From: a virus
Lineage: Duplodnaviria > Caudoviricetes
DNA: 63,058 nucleotides
Direction: 5' to 3' (one strand)
IMG/VR virus record: IMGVR_UViG_3300048998_000312
Coordinates: 1 to 63,058 of that record
Made by a program: the position numbers and the translations under genes. The notes beneath the pieces are model-generated. The model was given only the letters and a program-made list of their open reading frames with translations. It made no database searches and had not been told where the DNA came from. Below, piece after piece: positions 1-9,339 of this stretch. Each line of letters starts with the position of its first letter. The first letter of the stretch is position 1.

Positions 1-126
1 AAGGATGATCGCCAAACATGCAGCCCAAAACCGACCCTACGCCGTCTGCTTCTCCGCGAGGAACGTAAAGGGAAGCGCCCGGCCGAGCGTGTCCTTGGTC
101 AGGATCCCGTGCACCTTGCACGCGCC
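1..126. repeat. Terminal overlap (copy 1) of circular contig
   Basis: 1-126 is identical to 62932-63057; the next base differs (g vs a). Confidence 0.95.
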
Positions 127-1608
127 GTCCGCGAACACTTCGACCCGGCAACGCTCCGACTTTGGGAGGTACGTCTCGACCACGAGAAGCCGGTCGGCGA
201 ACGTTAGGCGCTCGAAGGTCCCGGCGAGGCTCTTGGCGAGCGCGTCGATGTGCCCGAGCCATTCGACGGTGTCGCCGGTCTGGGCGATCTGGTCTTTCGC
301 CACCTCGACCTGCCGCTCGAGCATCTTCCGCTCGCTGGCGATCCGTGCGCATTCTTTGTCGCATGCCTGCTGGGAGATCAGGTCGCGACGGCGCCGACCG
401 AGCACCTCCTCGACAAGCTCCTCGAGCGTCTCGAGACGTCGTGTCCACTTCGCAAGGTCTTCCCGGAAGTCGACGCCTGCTTGCACGTGCGACCGCTGGA
501 GCGACGCGCATCGGAGGAGCATCTCGCGTGACGAGAGTACTTTCACAAGCTCAGACCAAACCAGCTCGTCGATGAACGCGGTCCGGAAGATGGTGTTCCC
601 GCAATGTCCTTCGAGTCGGAAGGCGCGCCAGTTCCCGCGCGAGGCGCAGCGGTAATACCGGTTCGCCCTTCCGTTATCGAGACAGTAGGCATAGCCGCAC
701 ACGCCGCATACGAGCCGTCCGGCGAGGAGCGCGTCGGTCCGATCCGCCGACGGCTGCCGCGCTCGGGTGCGTGACGCAAACGCGTTCTGCACGCGCCGCC
801 ACGTCTCGTCGTCGATAACGGCAGGGACGGGGATGAAGTGCTTGCCACCAAGCGCGCGCATCTCGCCCTTGATTGTCGTGCTCTTCAGGATCCGCTTGAT
901 GTTGATCTCGGTCCACAGGCCCGTCTTGTTGTTGCCGTGCTTGCGAGCCCACAGCTTCCTCGCCTCGAGCTGATCGCGAATGGCGACCGCGCCAAGGCCA
1001 TCTAGGCACATCGCGACCATCGTTCGGATGATCGCGGCTTCGCTGGCGATCAACTCGTACCGACCGCGCTTGCCTCGCCCGTCCTCGAACGGCACCCAGC
1101 GGTAGCCGAACGGGACGAAGCCGCTGTTCTTGCCGTCGTTGCTTTTGACCTTTGTCGCGCGACCGCCGTACGTGTTCCGGAGGATCTGCGATTTGTCGAA
1201 GCTCGCGAAGAGCATGAGCATCGAGGACATGAGGTCCTCGGTCGGGTTTGCGAGGTCGAGCAGCCCGCTTATTCCGGGCATCGCGAGCCGCACGCCGGCA
1301 AGCTTGAGCGTCCGGCCGATGTGCGCCGCCTCGACTTGGTTGCTCGAACGCGTCAGGCGATCGAGCTTCGAGATCACGAGGACGTCGAACGCTTTGGCTT
1401 TGGCGAGGGCGAGCACGCGAAGGAAGCCGGGCCGGCCGTCGATCGTCTCGCCGGAGAGCCCGTCGTCCTCGATCGCTTCGATGACTTTCCAATCATCGTG
1501 CTGCGCCACGAACGCACGAAGCTCCACGCGCTGCGACTCAATCGTCTCGCGCTCGCGTTGGCCGTCGGAGGAGACGCGCGCGTACGTGACAGCTCTAAGC
1601 ATTCCCAT
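37..1608 (-). CDS. int: Large serine recombinase (integrase)
   Basis: YARVSS catalytic motif, KLDRLTR, PFGY recombinase domain, CGVCG..YYRC zinc ribbon, coiled coil; start trimmed to MGMLRAVTY. Confidence 0.95.
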   Translation of the reverse strand: MGMLRAVTYARVSSDGQRERETIESQRVELRAFVAQHDDWKVIEAIEDDGLSGETIDGRPGFLRVLALAKAKAFDVLVISKLDRLTRSSNQVEAAHIGRTLKLAGVRLAMPGISGLLDLANPTEDLMSSMLMLFASFDKSQILRNTYGGRATKVKSNDGKNSGFVPFGYRWVPFEDGRGKRGRYELIASEAAIIRTMVAMCLDGLGAVAIRDQLEARKLWARKHGNNKTGLWTEINIKRILKSTTIKGEMRALGGKHFIPVPAVIDDETWRRVQNAFASRTRARQPSADRTDALLAGRLVCGVCGYAYCLDNGRANRYYRCASRGNWRAFRLEGHCGNTIFRTAFIDELVWSELVKVLSSREMLLRCASLQRSHVQAGVDFREDLAKWTRRLETLEELVEEVLGRRRRDLISQQACDKECARIASERKMLERQVEVAKDQIAQTGDTVEWLGHIDALAKSLAGTFERLTFADRLLVVETYLPKSERCRVEVFADGACKVHGILTKDTLGRALPFTFLAEKQTA

Positions 1609-1810
1609 TCTCGCGGTACTTCTCGATGAGCAAGAGCAGGCACATGCACATCGCGTCTTTCTTGGCGTCAGTGCTCTCGACGGCGACGAACGTGACACTT
1701 CGCCCGCGATGAGCAACCTCGCGCCTTCGGAAGGTACGAACACGCGTCTGGGATGCGGGGTCCGACGTCTCGACGGTCGGATTGTCCAGCGTCAGGAACT
1801 TCGCGCCCAT
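1595..1810 (-). CDS. Small protein overlapping int start, possible recombination directionality factor
   Basis: 71 aa, AGGAGG RBS, translationally coupled; function inferred from position only. Confidence 0.45.
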   Translation of the reverse strand: MGAKFLTLDNPTVETSDPASQTRVRTFRRREVAHRGRSVTFVAVESTDAKKDAMCMCLLLLIEKYRENGNA

Positions 1811-2331
1811 CACCCTTCCTCCTGGTTCGAAGTCTTCGTCGAAGCGGTTTGGTATTCGCCGCGGGCGACGCATCCCGCGATTTCCTCGAGCAGCCATGCG
1901 GCCGCTTGCGAGTGACTGACAGCGGGAATCCGCGCGCGGAGCCACGCCGCGATCTCGCGACGGACTTTGTTGCGCTCGTCGGTTCGCGCCGCCGCATTGA
2001 CCGCGTCGTCGTCCTTCGACCGCGCGTGCCCAGCTTCGTGGTCGCGCGGCAGTGCGCAGCGATAGCCGAATCGATCGACCGCTCCGCATTGAGCAAGGTC
2101 GCCTTCCGCCGCCTCGAGCGCCTCACGAACGGGCGCGAGAATCTCGCCCGGTGCGTAGCGATTCGCGACCGCCCGCGATTGAACGGCGGCGACGTGCGCG
2201 TCGCACCAAAAGAGATTCTTCGTCGACGTCCACTCCTCGTGCGTCGCGATCTCGTCGCACGCCTCGCAGCGCGGCGACAGCTCCTCGTTTACGTGCCGCA
2301 ATACCTCCACGCATTTCTCGAGTGCGCTCAC
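1810..2331 (-). CDS. Hypothetical protein (Cys/His motifs)
   Basis: Coupled ORF in leftward operon. Confidence 0.7.
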   Translation of the reverse strand: MSALEKCVEVLRHVNEELSPRCEACDEIATHEEWTSTKNLFWCDAHVAAVQSRAVANRYAPGEILAPVREALEAAEGDLAQCGAVDRFGYRCALPRDHEAGHARSKDDDAVNAAARTDERNKVRREIAAWLRARIPAVSHSQAAAWLLEEIAGCVARGEYQTASTKTSNQEEG

Positions 2332-2567
2332 CGCATCACCTCCGGCGCCACCGCATCAAACAGCCCTGGCTGCACGCCCCACTCGTCGCTCCAAAGCCAG
2401 CGCCCGCACGCGGTGCACTGCACGTGCTCCTCGCTCGCCTTCATTCGCTCGAACCTCGCGACGCGCGCGAAGTGCTCCATCTCGGCGCCCGGAAACACGT
2501 GATGCGCGCACGGCGACACGGGCCATGCGTGTTTCGCGGCCTTCGGTGCTCGCTTGGCGGCGGGCAT
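2328..2567 (-). CDS. Hypothetical Zn-ribbon protein
   Basis: MPAAKR..CTACGRW; start/stop overlaps at both ends. Confidence 0.6.
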   Translation of the reverse strand: MPAAKRAPKAAKHAWPVSPCAHHVFPGAEMEHFARVARFERMKASEEHVQCTACGRWLWSDEWGVQPGLFDAVAPEVMR

Positions 2568-2839
2568 CACTCGCCTCCTCGCGCGCACTTGATCGAGCAG
2601 TAAACGGAAGTCGTGTACTGGCCACATCGCTTGCAGCCCCTGCCTGGCGGTACTGGTCGGTCGCAGGGCGCGGCATTCACGAGTGCGACGACGGCGCGCG
2701 CAACATCGATGTCGGCAGCATGGCGCATCTTGAAGATCGGTTTCGCGCTGTCGTCGTAGACAATGCACGTCGCCGCGGACTCGCCGGCGTGGTCCTCGAC
2801 GACCATCCACGGGCGCGGGTATTTTGCGAAGATGCTCAA
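2567..2839 (-). CDS. Hypothetical protein
   Basis: GGAGG RBS, coupled ORF. Confidence 0.7.
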   Translation of the reverse strand: MSIFAKYPRPWMVVEDHAGESAATCIVYDDSAKPIFKMRHAADIDVARAVVALVNAAPCDRPVPPGRGCKRCGQYTTSVYCSIKCARGGE

Positions 2840-3168
2840 TGCGCCTCCTCCTCGTCGCCATCATTCTCATCGAAGCGATTGGACGGCCCGAAGAGCGAAT
2901 CCTCCTCGGCCTCGCGCTCCATCTCCGCGTCGATGCACCCGGGCGCGCACTCCTCAGCGACCGCATGGCACCCCGGGCACACGTACGGCCGAAGCTCCTC
3001 CTCGGCCTCGAAGATGGCATTCGCGAGATTGCAATTCACGTTGTGCCGGTCGGCGGAGAGCACGCCGCACTCCGGACAGCAGGCGTACGTCCCGGGCTGC
3101 TCGCCTCGCGTGCGGCCGCTCCACTGGAGGACGTAGAGGGCGTCGAGGCATCTGTTGAGGGCGGTCAC
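2836..3168 (-). CDS. Hypothetical Zn-finger protein
   Basis: CPECG..HxxxC and CPGC motifs; GTG start overlaps previous stop. Confidence 0.65.
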   Translation of the reverse strand: MTALNRCLDALYVLQWSGRTRGEQPGTYACCPECGVLSADRHNVNCNLANAIFEAEEELRPYVCPGCHAVAEECAPGCIDAEMEREAEEDSLFGPSNRFDENDGDEEEAH

Positions 3169-3365
3169 TTCGCACCCGTTTTTCGCGCTCGGTGGGGACA
3201 ATTCATCGTCGCAGGATCCTGGCGAACGAAGATGCCCGACTGCGTGCGCGCGCCGCAGAAGCAGCACACCCCTCGGGGCCCCTCCTCCCGGATGCGCGAC
3301 GAATCGACGTGACCGCGAGTCTTGATCCAGCACGTCCAGCATATGGAGTGAGTCCAGTCGCTCAC
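3165..3365 (-). CDS. Hypothetical Cys-rich protein
   Basis: CWTCW..CCFCG; GTGA overlaps. Confidence 0.55.
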   Translation of the reverse strand: MSDWTHSICWTCWIKTRGHVDSSRIREEGPRGVCCFCGARTQSGIFVRQDPATMNCPHRARKTGAK

Positions 3366-3577
3366 CTCGCACCTCCCTTCGTCGCGGCCCGAGGAACGAT
3401 GCACACGACGCGCGAATCGCAGGTGATGTCCCAGCCGCCCGCGAACAGTCCGGCCTCGAACGCAGTGTCGAAGCGGTGCGCCTTCCGCTGGCTCAACGTC
3501 GCACTGTCGATGTCCTGGAGGTACGTGCCGAGCCCGCGAAGCTGACCTTGGCGAACTACGAAATAGGGAGCTTTCAT
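3362..3577 (-). CDS. Hypothetical protein
   Basis: Coupled ORF. Confidence 0.65.
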   Translation of the reverse strand: MKAPYFVVRQGQLRGLGTYLQDIDSATLSQRKAHRFDTAFEAGLFAGGWDITCDSRVVCIVPRAATKGGAR

Positions 3578-3882
3578 TGCACCGTCCCCTCCTCCTCTTC
3601 GGGGGTACCCGCGAGGACCGCTTCGATTTCCTCGAACAGGCGCAATGCGCTCGCGCCCTCGTCGGAAGCCTTGCCCATCAGCATCGCCATTGCGCCGACG
3701 ACGGGGCGCACCTCCGTCAGGAGGCTGCGCATCACCGCGAGCACCTTGTTCGTGCGTCGCAGGATGTCGAGTGCGAGCTTCGCGTCGGCGGCGAGGCGGG
3801 CGTTCTCGGCTTTCGCGCCCTCGAGCTCGTTCGAGAGCCGGGCGGCCTCCTCGATCGCCTGATCGCGTTCTTCGCCGCTCAT
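3574..3882 (-). CDS. Hypothetical coiled-coil protein
   Basis: Coupled ORF; shares a module with 3879-4508. Confidence 0.7.
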   Translation of the reverse strand: MSGEERDQAIEEAARLSNELEGAKAENARLAADAKLALDILRRTNKVLAVMRSLLTEVRPVVGAMAMLMGKASDEGASALRLFEEIEAVLAGTPEEEEGTVQ

Positions 3883-4508
3883 CGCGGATCCTTTCCGCGC
3901 TCGCTCTTCGGCAAGTTCAGCGCCTCCCGCACGTTGTCGGCGAGGTGAATCAGCGTGCCCGTTCCGCCGGGGCCGTCCGAGATGACGGTGGTGCCGGCGA
4001 TGATCGCGGAGCTACGTTCGCTTCCGAAGTCGCCCGGGATGCCTTCACGCGCGAGCCATGCGATGACGGCGTCTGCGTCCTCGTCGCCAATCTCGTAACG
4101 GAGATGCTGGTCCCATCGCGAGGATGTCGAGGACGCGAGGATGAAAAGCACGCGCGAAAAGCCACGACGCTGGCGTTCGGTGAGTTCGGATCGTCGTGGC
4201 GCGAGACATCCGGCTTTCGCCTCGCCTTGAAAGGCTCGCGCAATCTCGCCGTGAAGCGCGAGCGCCCTTGAACCTTCGCCGTCGGCTTCCCCGATCAGGA
4301 CCGCAAAGGCGCCCACGAATGGGCGAGCTTCGTCGAGGAGCTTGAGGAGACGGGCGTTCTCCTGACGCAACGCCTCGTGCGACCCTGCCAAGCCGCGCGT
4401 ATCGAGAACGTAGCTGGGGGCCCCTACGGGATGGATGACGCTTCGGTCGGAGAGATGTTCGCTGCTGCCGAAATGCTCGACATCTTCCTTTGCCCAGATG
4501 TCACCCAT
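3879..4508 (-). CDS. Hypothetical protein
   Basis: Start MGDIWAK with GGAGG RBS. Confidence 0.7.
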   Translation of the reverse strand: MGDIWAKEDVEHFGSSEHLSDRSVIHPVGAPSYVLDTRGLAGSHEALRQENARLLKLLDEARPFVGAFAVLIGEADGEGSRALALHGEIARAFQGEAKAGCLAPRRSELTERQRRGFSRVLFILASSTSSRWDQHLRYEIGDEDADAVIAWLAREGIPGDFGSERSSAIIAGTTVISDGPGGTGTLIHLADNVREALNLPKSERGKDPR

Positions 4509-5179
4509 CACGCGCCTCCCTTCGCGGCGGCGGGCGCGAGGGCGCACGCCCCGACGTGGACGATCTCGTCCCATCGATCGAAGTGTTCGGCGCCGCCCGA
4601 TCGCGAGCACCCAATGCAAAAGACTTGGGAGCCGTTGCCCGAGAAGCATCGGTATTGCGAGGACAACGCTTCCCGCAGCCGCGCAATCTCCGCGTCGCGC
4701 TTGGCGAGCGTGGCTTCGTGCTTTTCGTTCGCCTCGAGCACGCCACCTCGACGTCCGCGCTCGATCAGCGCCGCGGGATTATCGAGTCGCGTACACGACC
4801 CGTCCTCGCAACCGTGACCGCAGCATTCATCGCACGCGAGCTGGTCGCGTTCCTGGTCTTCGTAACGGCCGATGCACGTGGCAGGTGAACGGCCGCAGTG
4901 ATTGCAATACGGCGCGTCCCCGACTGCTTTGGCGACGGCGGACCGCAGACGCACGACCTCGTCGACGAGCGGGCGCAGGGCGGACCGAGCGGCGACGATG
5001 AATGCGGCATCGTCTTTGGAATGCACGTCGGCGACGACGCGCACGCCTCGCCTCGTGATTGCGTAATACGGTGCGCCGCCGCATCTGCCGGCATCGACCT
5101 CCCATTCATCGCTCATCGCCTTCGCTTCGAGCGACCGCAGCTCCGCGAGCTTCGCGTCGGTAAGTTCGATGTCGGTCAT
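4508..5179 (-). CDS. Ead/Ea22-like protein with Zn-finger extensions
   Basis: LRSLEAKA..W..DAAFIVAARSALRPLVDEVVRLR matches the Ead/Ea22 pattern. Confidence 0.7.
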   Translation of the reverse strand: MTDIELTDAKLAELRSLEAKAMSDEWEVDAGRCGGAPYYAITRRGVRVVADVHSKDDAAFIVAARSALRPLVDEVVRLRSAVAKAVGDAPYCNHCGRSPATCIGRYEDQERDQLACDECCGHGCEDGSCTRLDNPAALIERGRRGGVLEANEKHEATLAKRDAEIARLREALSSQYRCFSGNGSQVFCIGCSRSGGAEHFDRWDEIVHVGACALAPAAAKGGA

Positions 5180-5646
5180 CAGTGAAACCGCACCGCGCCA
5201 CGCCCGGCCGCCGTCTCGAACGCCTTCCGGAAGTCGTCGTAGATCTCGCGGAAGTCTCCCTTGCCCGCCTCCGGGGCCCACTCCGCGAAGTCTTTGGCGA
5301 GCTTCGTCGACGTGGTCGGGCCGATCGTCCCCTCCGCGTCGGAAAAGTTGATCAGCTCCGCAAACGCGCCGGTGTATTCGCCCTTCCACGCGCGTGCGCA
5401 TGTAGTGCCGACAAGCTCGGCGAGCATCTCCCGCCATCGGTTGTAGCCGGAGTAACTCCCCGCCCGGAAGGCACCATTCAATCCGCTCGTGCGGTAGTAA
5501 CCCGCCGGCAGACCATCCAGACGAACTGCCAACGCTTCCTGATTGTGAAGCCACGCAACGTCCTCGCGGTAGTCGAACTCCTCCAGGTACTTCGAGGATT
5601 CCTTCACCAATTCGATGACCTCGTAATACGAAATATCGAGTCCCAT
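5179..5646 (-). CDS. Conserved phage hypothetical protein
   Basis: MGLD N-terminus, LINFSDAEG motif, strong RBS. Confidence 0.75.
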   Translation of the reverse strand: MGLDISYYEVIELVKESSKYLEEFDYREDVAWLHNQEALAVRLDGLPAGYYRTSGLNGAFRAGSYSGYNRWREMLAELVGTTCARAWKGEYTGAFAELINFSDAEGTIGPTTSTKLAKDFAEWAPEAGKGDFREIYDDFRKAFETAAGRGAVRFH

Positions 5647-5858
5647 TATTTACCCCTCCGCAAGCACTCAAGCTCCTGCGCTTCCAGCACCCGCTCGGCC
5701 TCCGCGAGCCGCTTCGCCACCGCCGAGTGCACGGCCCGAGCGCGCGCCACGAAGAGGAGGCGCATGCTGTCGGAATCCGACTCGCTCGCCGCCGCGATGA
5801 ACGTTTCGATCTCCTCGAGCGGGTCGAGGAACGTGGAGGGTTTGAGGCGGCCGGTCAT
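5646..5858 (-). CDS. Hypothetical protein
   Basis: GAGGTG RBS, coupled stop. Confidence 0.55.
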   Translation of the reverse strand: MTGRLKPSTFLDPLEEIETFIAAASESDSDSMRLLFVARARAVHSAVAKRLAEAERVLEAQELECLRRGK

Positions 5859-5883
5859 GCGGACACCTCGCGTTCGCTGGCTT

Positions 5884-6339
5884 TCATCGTGCGCTCCGTT
5901 GTTTTGGAAGGACCGTTTGGGTGACCTGCTGGCCGTGCCCATGCTCGCGATGGCACTTGAAGCAAAGCCACCGCACCGCGAGCGGCTCCTCGTAACTATC
6001 GTGATGGGCTTGAACGCGAATTGAACCGCAGCCTTCGCACGGTTGCCTCGTGAGGCGACCACTGCGAAGAGCGTTCGCGACGGCAGTGCGCGCGCGGTAT
6101 TTCACCGGATTACGCGCGTTGTGAGCCCTGTGTCCCGCGATGACTGCCGCATGCCGAGCTGGCTGCTGATACCGAATGCGGTCGTATGCCGAATATCGCG
6201 CGCGGTTCCTCGCGTAGTTCGCGCGCACGTCCGCTTTCGCGCAGTCCTTACACTTCGACGCGAGGCCGTCGCGCCCGTAGGGGTGCGCATAGAATTCGGC
6301 GAGCGGTTTTGCCGCTTCGCACTTCGCGCAAACCTTCAT
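5884..6339 (-). CDS. HNH-like endonuclease
   Basis: CAKC..CKDC, CEGCG..AHHDSY..VRWLCFKCH. Confidence 0.8.
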   Translation of the reverse strand: MKVCAKCEAAKPLAEFYAHPYGRDGLASKCKDCAKADVRANYARNRARYSAYDRIRYQQPARHAAVIAGHRAHNARNPVKYRARTAVANALRSGRLTRQPCEGCGSIRVQAHHDSYEEPLAVRWLCFKCHREHGHGQQVTQTVLPKQRSAR

Positions 6340-6863
6340 GGCCGCAGCGACCCCGAGAGCGTCATATTGACGATAAAGGGGAGCTCGTCCTCAGAAGCGC
6401 CCCCGCCAAATCCGCTCTCGTATCCACCGCCGTCGCCCGTCTCCGTCTGCTCGACGAGGCCTGCGCGAATCCGCCGCGCCCAGCCCCGCGCCAGCCGCGC
6501 GTCGCGCTCGTCGAACTGCCAAAAGAACTTCCCGTTCGTGTGCTTGCGCGCGTCGGGCTTCTCGCGATCGCGGCCGACGCTCCACTCGAGAAAGTCCGCG
6601 AGGCAGTCGAGAAACTCCGGCGGCGCCTCGGAGAACGAAAGCCCGATGCACGTGTCGCCGGTCCAGCGCTTCGGGTCCTTCTTCACCTTCGGATTGCCGT
6701 AGCGGCCAAGGCATTCGTCATCGCTTGCCGCGGCGCTGCCGCCGCCGTGCGATGCGCCGTTGGACGCCGCCCCGCCCGTGCCCCCCATCGCCGCGGCAAA
6801 GGCGGTCAGGATGCGCGCCATCTGCGCTTCCAGCGCGGCGAGTCGCTGTTCGGTCGTCGCCAC
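6336..6863 (-). CDS. Recombination-module protein with SSB-like acidic motif
   Basis: Follows recT; Gly-rich linker then EDELPF near C-terminus. Confidence 0.55.
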   Translation of the reverse strand: MATTEQRLAALEAQMARILTAFAAAMGGTGGAASNGASHGGGSAAASDDECLGRYGNPKVKKDPKRWTGDTCIGLSFSEAPPEFLDCLADFLEWSVGRDREKPDARKHTNGKFFWQFDERDARLARGWARRIRAGLVEQTETGDGGGYESGFGGGASEDELPFIVNMTLSGSLRP

Positions 6864-7796
6864 TTACGCCCCCGTTCCGGACTGGATGCCGGCTGCGCGC
6901 GCGTAGTCCTCTTCGGTGAAGTCCTCCTCGCTGTCGTCGCCCGGTTCACGCGGGCTCGAGGGAGGCGGCTGCGGAGCCTCGACGACGGTGCCCGCGCCGT
7001 TGGCGGCCTTCGCCGAGAGCGTCCGCTTGAGCGCGTCGGTGCGCTTCGCAGGCGCTTGCTCGGTCGGCTCCTCCGCCGCGGAAAGCTCGAAGAGCGTCGT
7101 GTCGATGTCGGTCGCCACGCGCTCACCGGCAGCCTGAAGGTTCTCGTTCTCGATGGCCTTCGCCAGCTCCGGCGAGAGCGGGAGCATCTTGCAAAGGCGA
7201 CGAAGGACCGTTTTTTTTGCCATCTCCTCGTAGTCGGTCACCCACGGGCCGCTTCCGCCCGCCTTCGATCGCGAGCGGATCCGGTCGACCTCGGCGCGCG
7301 ACATGACGTCGACCTGCTTGCCGCCGTCGACGAACGTTGCGATCGCGTAGACGAAGACCAACTCGCCCGGCTCTCCGTCGAGGCACGGACGATGAAGGAG
7401 CTTCGGTGCGAGACCGAACTCGATCTCGAAGGTGTCGGCCTTGTGCACCGCGCGCGATTCGATATTCGCGATCTGCCCGCTCTGCCGCGCGAGCTTGACC
7501 ATCCCGCGATAGCCAATGATGAAGGTCGCGTCGCGACCCATCGGCACGATGTAGCCCTCGCCGAGGAGCCCACCGGCCTCGAGCCCGAGCTCGGCGCCCT
7601 GAAAGACGGCGCGAAGAAGGCTCTCGCTCGTGCACGCGAGAAGCTCGGGCTTCCGCGCGGTCGCCGAGAGCGCAACCTTGATCAGGCGATCGGCCGTGAT
7701 GTGCTTCGGAAGAACGGCGAGCATCGACGGCTTCGCCTTCTCGAGAATGTCCTTCAGCGTCGCTTGCTTCGATTTGCTTGGAACCATATTCGCCAT
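6864..7796 (-). CDS. recT: RecT-family ssDNA annealing protein
   Basis: AELGLE..LGEGYIVP, IGYRGMVKLARQSG, PWVTDYEEMAKKTVLRRLCK. Confidence 0.95.
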   Translation of the reverse strand: MANMVPSKSKQATLKDILEKAKPSMLAVLPKHITADRLIKVALSATARKPELLACTSESLLRAVFQGAELGLEAGGLLGEGYIVPMGRDATFIIGYRGMVKLARQSGQIANIESRAVHKADTFEIEFGLAPKLLHRPCLDGEPGELVFVYAIATFVDGGKQVDVMSRAEVDRIRSRSKAGGSGPWVTDYEEMAKKTVLRRLCKMLPLSPELAKAIENENLQAAGERVATDIDTTLFELSAAEEPTEQAPAKRTDALKRTLSAKAANGAGTVVEAPQPPPSSPREPGDDSEEDFTEEDYARAAGIQSGTGA

Positions 7797-7817
7797 TGCT
7801 CGACCTCCCTCACGGCA

Positions 7818-8669
7818 CTACGCGGCCGATTCGTTCTTTTTCTGCGGCTCGAAATAGAAGGGGCGCTGCTTGTTCGCGCTGGTCTTGTACCGAACGCGCC
7901 ATCCGTCCCCGATGACGCGCTCCCAGTCGGTCACCGCGTGGCGCATCTCGTTTTTCAGCTTCGCGACGACGGCCGCTTTCGCGTCCGCGATCTCCTCGGC
8001 GGCGACGATCCTCGCCGCGAGCGCGTTCTCCTCCGGCGTTGCAAAGCGGAATGCCTTCTCGCTGCGCGGATAAAGCTTCCGAAGCATCTCCGTCGCGCCC
8101 GCGCTCTCATCGACGGGCGGCGGCACGCGCGGCACGACGTACGAAAACCAGAAGGCGCGGAGCTGCTCGATGATGATCGCCTGAAGCTCGGCGTCGGGGA
8201 GGACGCGGTAATACCGGTGCTCCGTCCCCATCTGCGCGCCGACGAGGCAGAACGGCTCCTTCGAGCAAAGGAGCTGGTGCTGCACTTGGCACAAGTACGG
8301 ATACGCAACGCCGTCCGCCTCGCTGCCCCACATCCACATCGAATGCCAGCCGACCATCTTGGCTTCGGCGATCCCGCCGCCCCTGATGAACGCGTCGGGC
8401 GTCGACGTGATCCACGGCTCCGGGCCGATGACGTGGCGCGAAGGGAGAAGCTCGACGCGGTTGTGGCGCGCGAGGCGCCGCAGGATGACTTCCTCGAAGT
8501 CATTGCCGGCTTCCGTCGCGTCGTTGCCCTCGAAGTCGGCGAGGCCCATCTTCGAAAGCCACACTTGGTGCGGCGAGCAGTGCGGGTTGATACCGAGCAC
8601 CGCGGCGACTTCCGAGGAGCCGATCGAGTGAACGCGCTGCGCGATTTCGGCTTCGGTTAGAGCGGGCAT
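7818..8669 (-). CDS. YqaJ-like viral recombinase exonuclease
   Basis: IGSSEVAAVLGINP, GNDFE, STPDA, EAK, YLCQVQHQL. Confidence 0.92.
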   Translation of the reverse strand: MPALTEAEIAQRVHSIGSSEVAAVLGINPHCSPHQVWLSKMGLADFEGNDATEAGNDFEEVILRRLARHNRVELLPSRHVIGPEPWITSTPDAFIRGGGIAEAKMVGWHSMWMWGSEADGVAYPYLCQVQHQLLCSKEPFCLVGAQMGTEHRYYRVLPDAELQAIIIEQLRAFWFSYVVPRVPPPVDESAGATEMLRKLYPRSEKAFRFATPEENALAARIVAAEEIADAKAAVVAKLKNEMRHAVTDWERVIGDGWRVRYKTSANKQRPFYFEPQKKNESAA

Positions 8670-8671
8670 GG

Positions 8672-8989
8672 CTATTTCGTATTCGCCGCGCGCGATGCGA
8701 CGAGCGCCTGGCCGATGCGCGTCAGTGCTTCGAGGACTTGCGTGCGTCGCGCTTGAAGGGGTCTCCATTCAGCGTCGACCCATTGCGATTGGGGAACGTG
8801 CGTCACACTTCGAGCCCACGCGGTGAAGGCGTTTTCCGCTTCGCCGAGGGCGATCAGGAGCGCCGTAAGCTCCGGATTCCCCGAATCGGTGCCCGCGGCC
8901 GCCACTTCGCTGTCGTGAATGGCGATATCGAGGTCGGCTTTCGCAAGCGCCAACGACGCGGAGGCATCCTGGAGAGACTTGAGGCTCAT
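8672..8989 (-). CDS. Hypothetical protein
   Basis: GGAG RBS, coupled ORF. Confidence 0.65.
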   Translation of the reverse strand: MSLKSLQDASASLALAKADLDIAIHDSEVAAAGTDSGNPELTALLIALGEAENAFTAWARSVTHVPQSQWVDAEWRPLQARRTQVLEALTRIGQALVASRAANTK

Positions 8990-9339
8990 TGAAAACTCCC
9001 GTTCTGTTCGGCGGTCCGCGCAATCCGCGCCGCACACTTCCGCTCGGCGTCATCGAGCTTCACGATCGCGTCGGCCAGGTCGATCTCGCAGGCATCGACG
9101 ACCGTTTGCATCGCCTCGTGAACGCTCGCGCCGTGCGCATTGCGGAGAAGCCGGCGCGCGTCCGAGAGGTCGCGAAAGAGGGAATCGGTCTCATCGAAGG
9201 CGAGGTCGAGCGCCTCGTAGAGGATGCAGAGGATGCCGGCGGCGACGTTGGAGCGTGCGGGGCTGTACTCCGAGCGATAGGCCACGACGGCGCGCGCGAG
9301 GGCGGGGGAAGAGGCGATAGCGTCGGTCCAGAGGCTCAT
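8986..9339 (-). CDS. Hypothetical protein
   Basis: AAGGAG RBS, coupled ORF. Confidence 0.65.
   Translation of the reverse strand: MSLWTDAIASSPALARAVVAYRSEYSPARSNVAAGILCILYEALDLAFDETDSLFRDLSDARRLLRNAHGASVHEAMQTVVDACEIDLADAIVKLDDAERKCAARIARTAEQNGSFQ

Noticed and set aside
1609-1743. Extended integrase N-terminus from the ORF track
   Set aside because: It overlaps a coupled 71-aa ORF, and the resolvase domain starts at MLRAVTYARVS
6186-8660. 824-aa plus-strand ORF and similar long shadow ORFs (e.g. 31850-34024, 43091-44869, 29714-31225)
   Set aside because: They lie antisense to recognisable genes, are Arg-rich and lack motifs; expected in high-GC DNA
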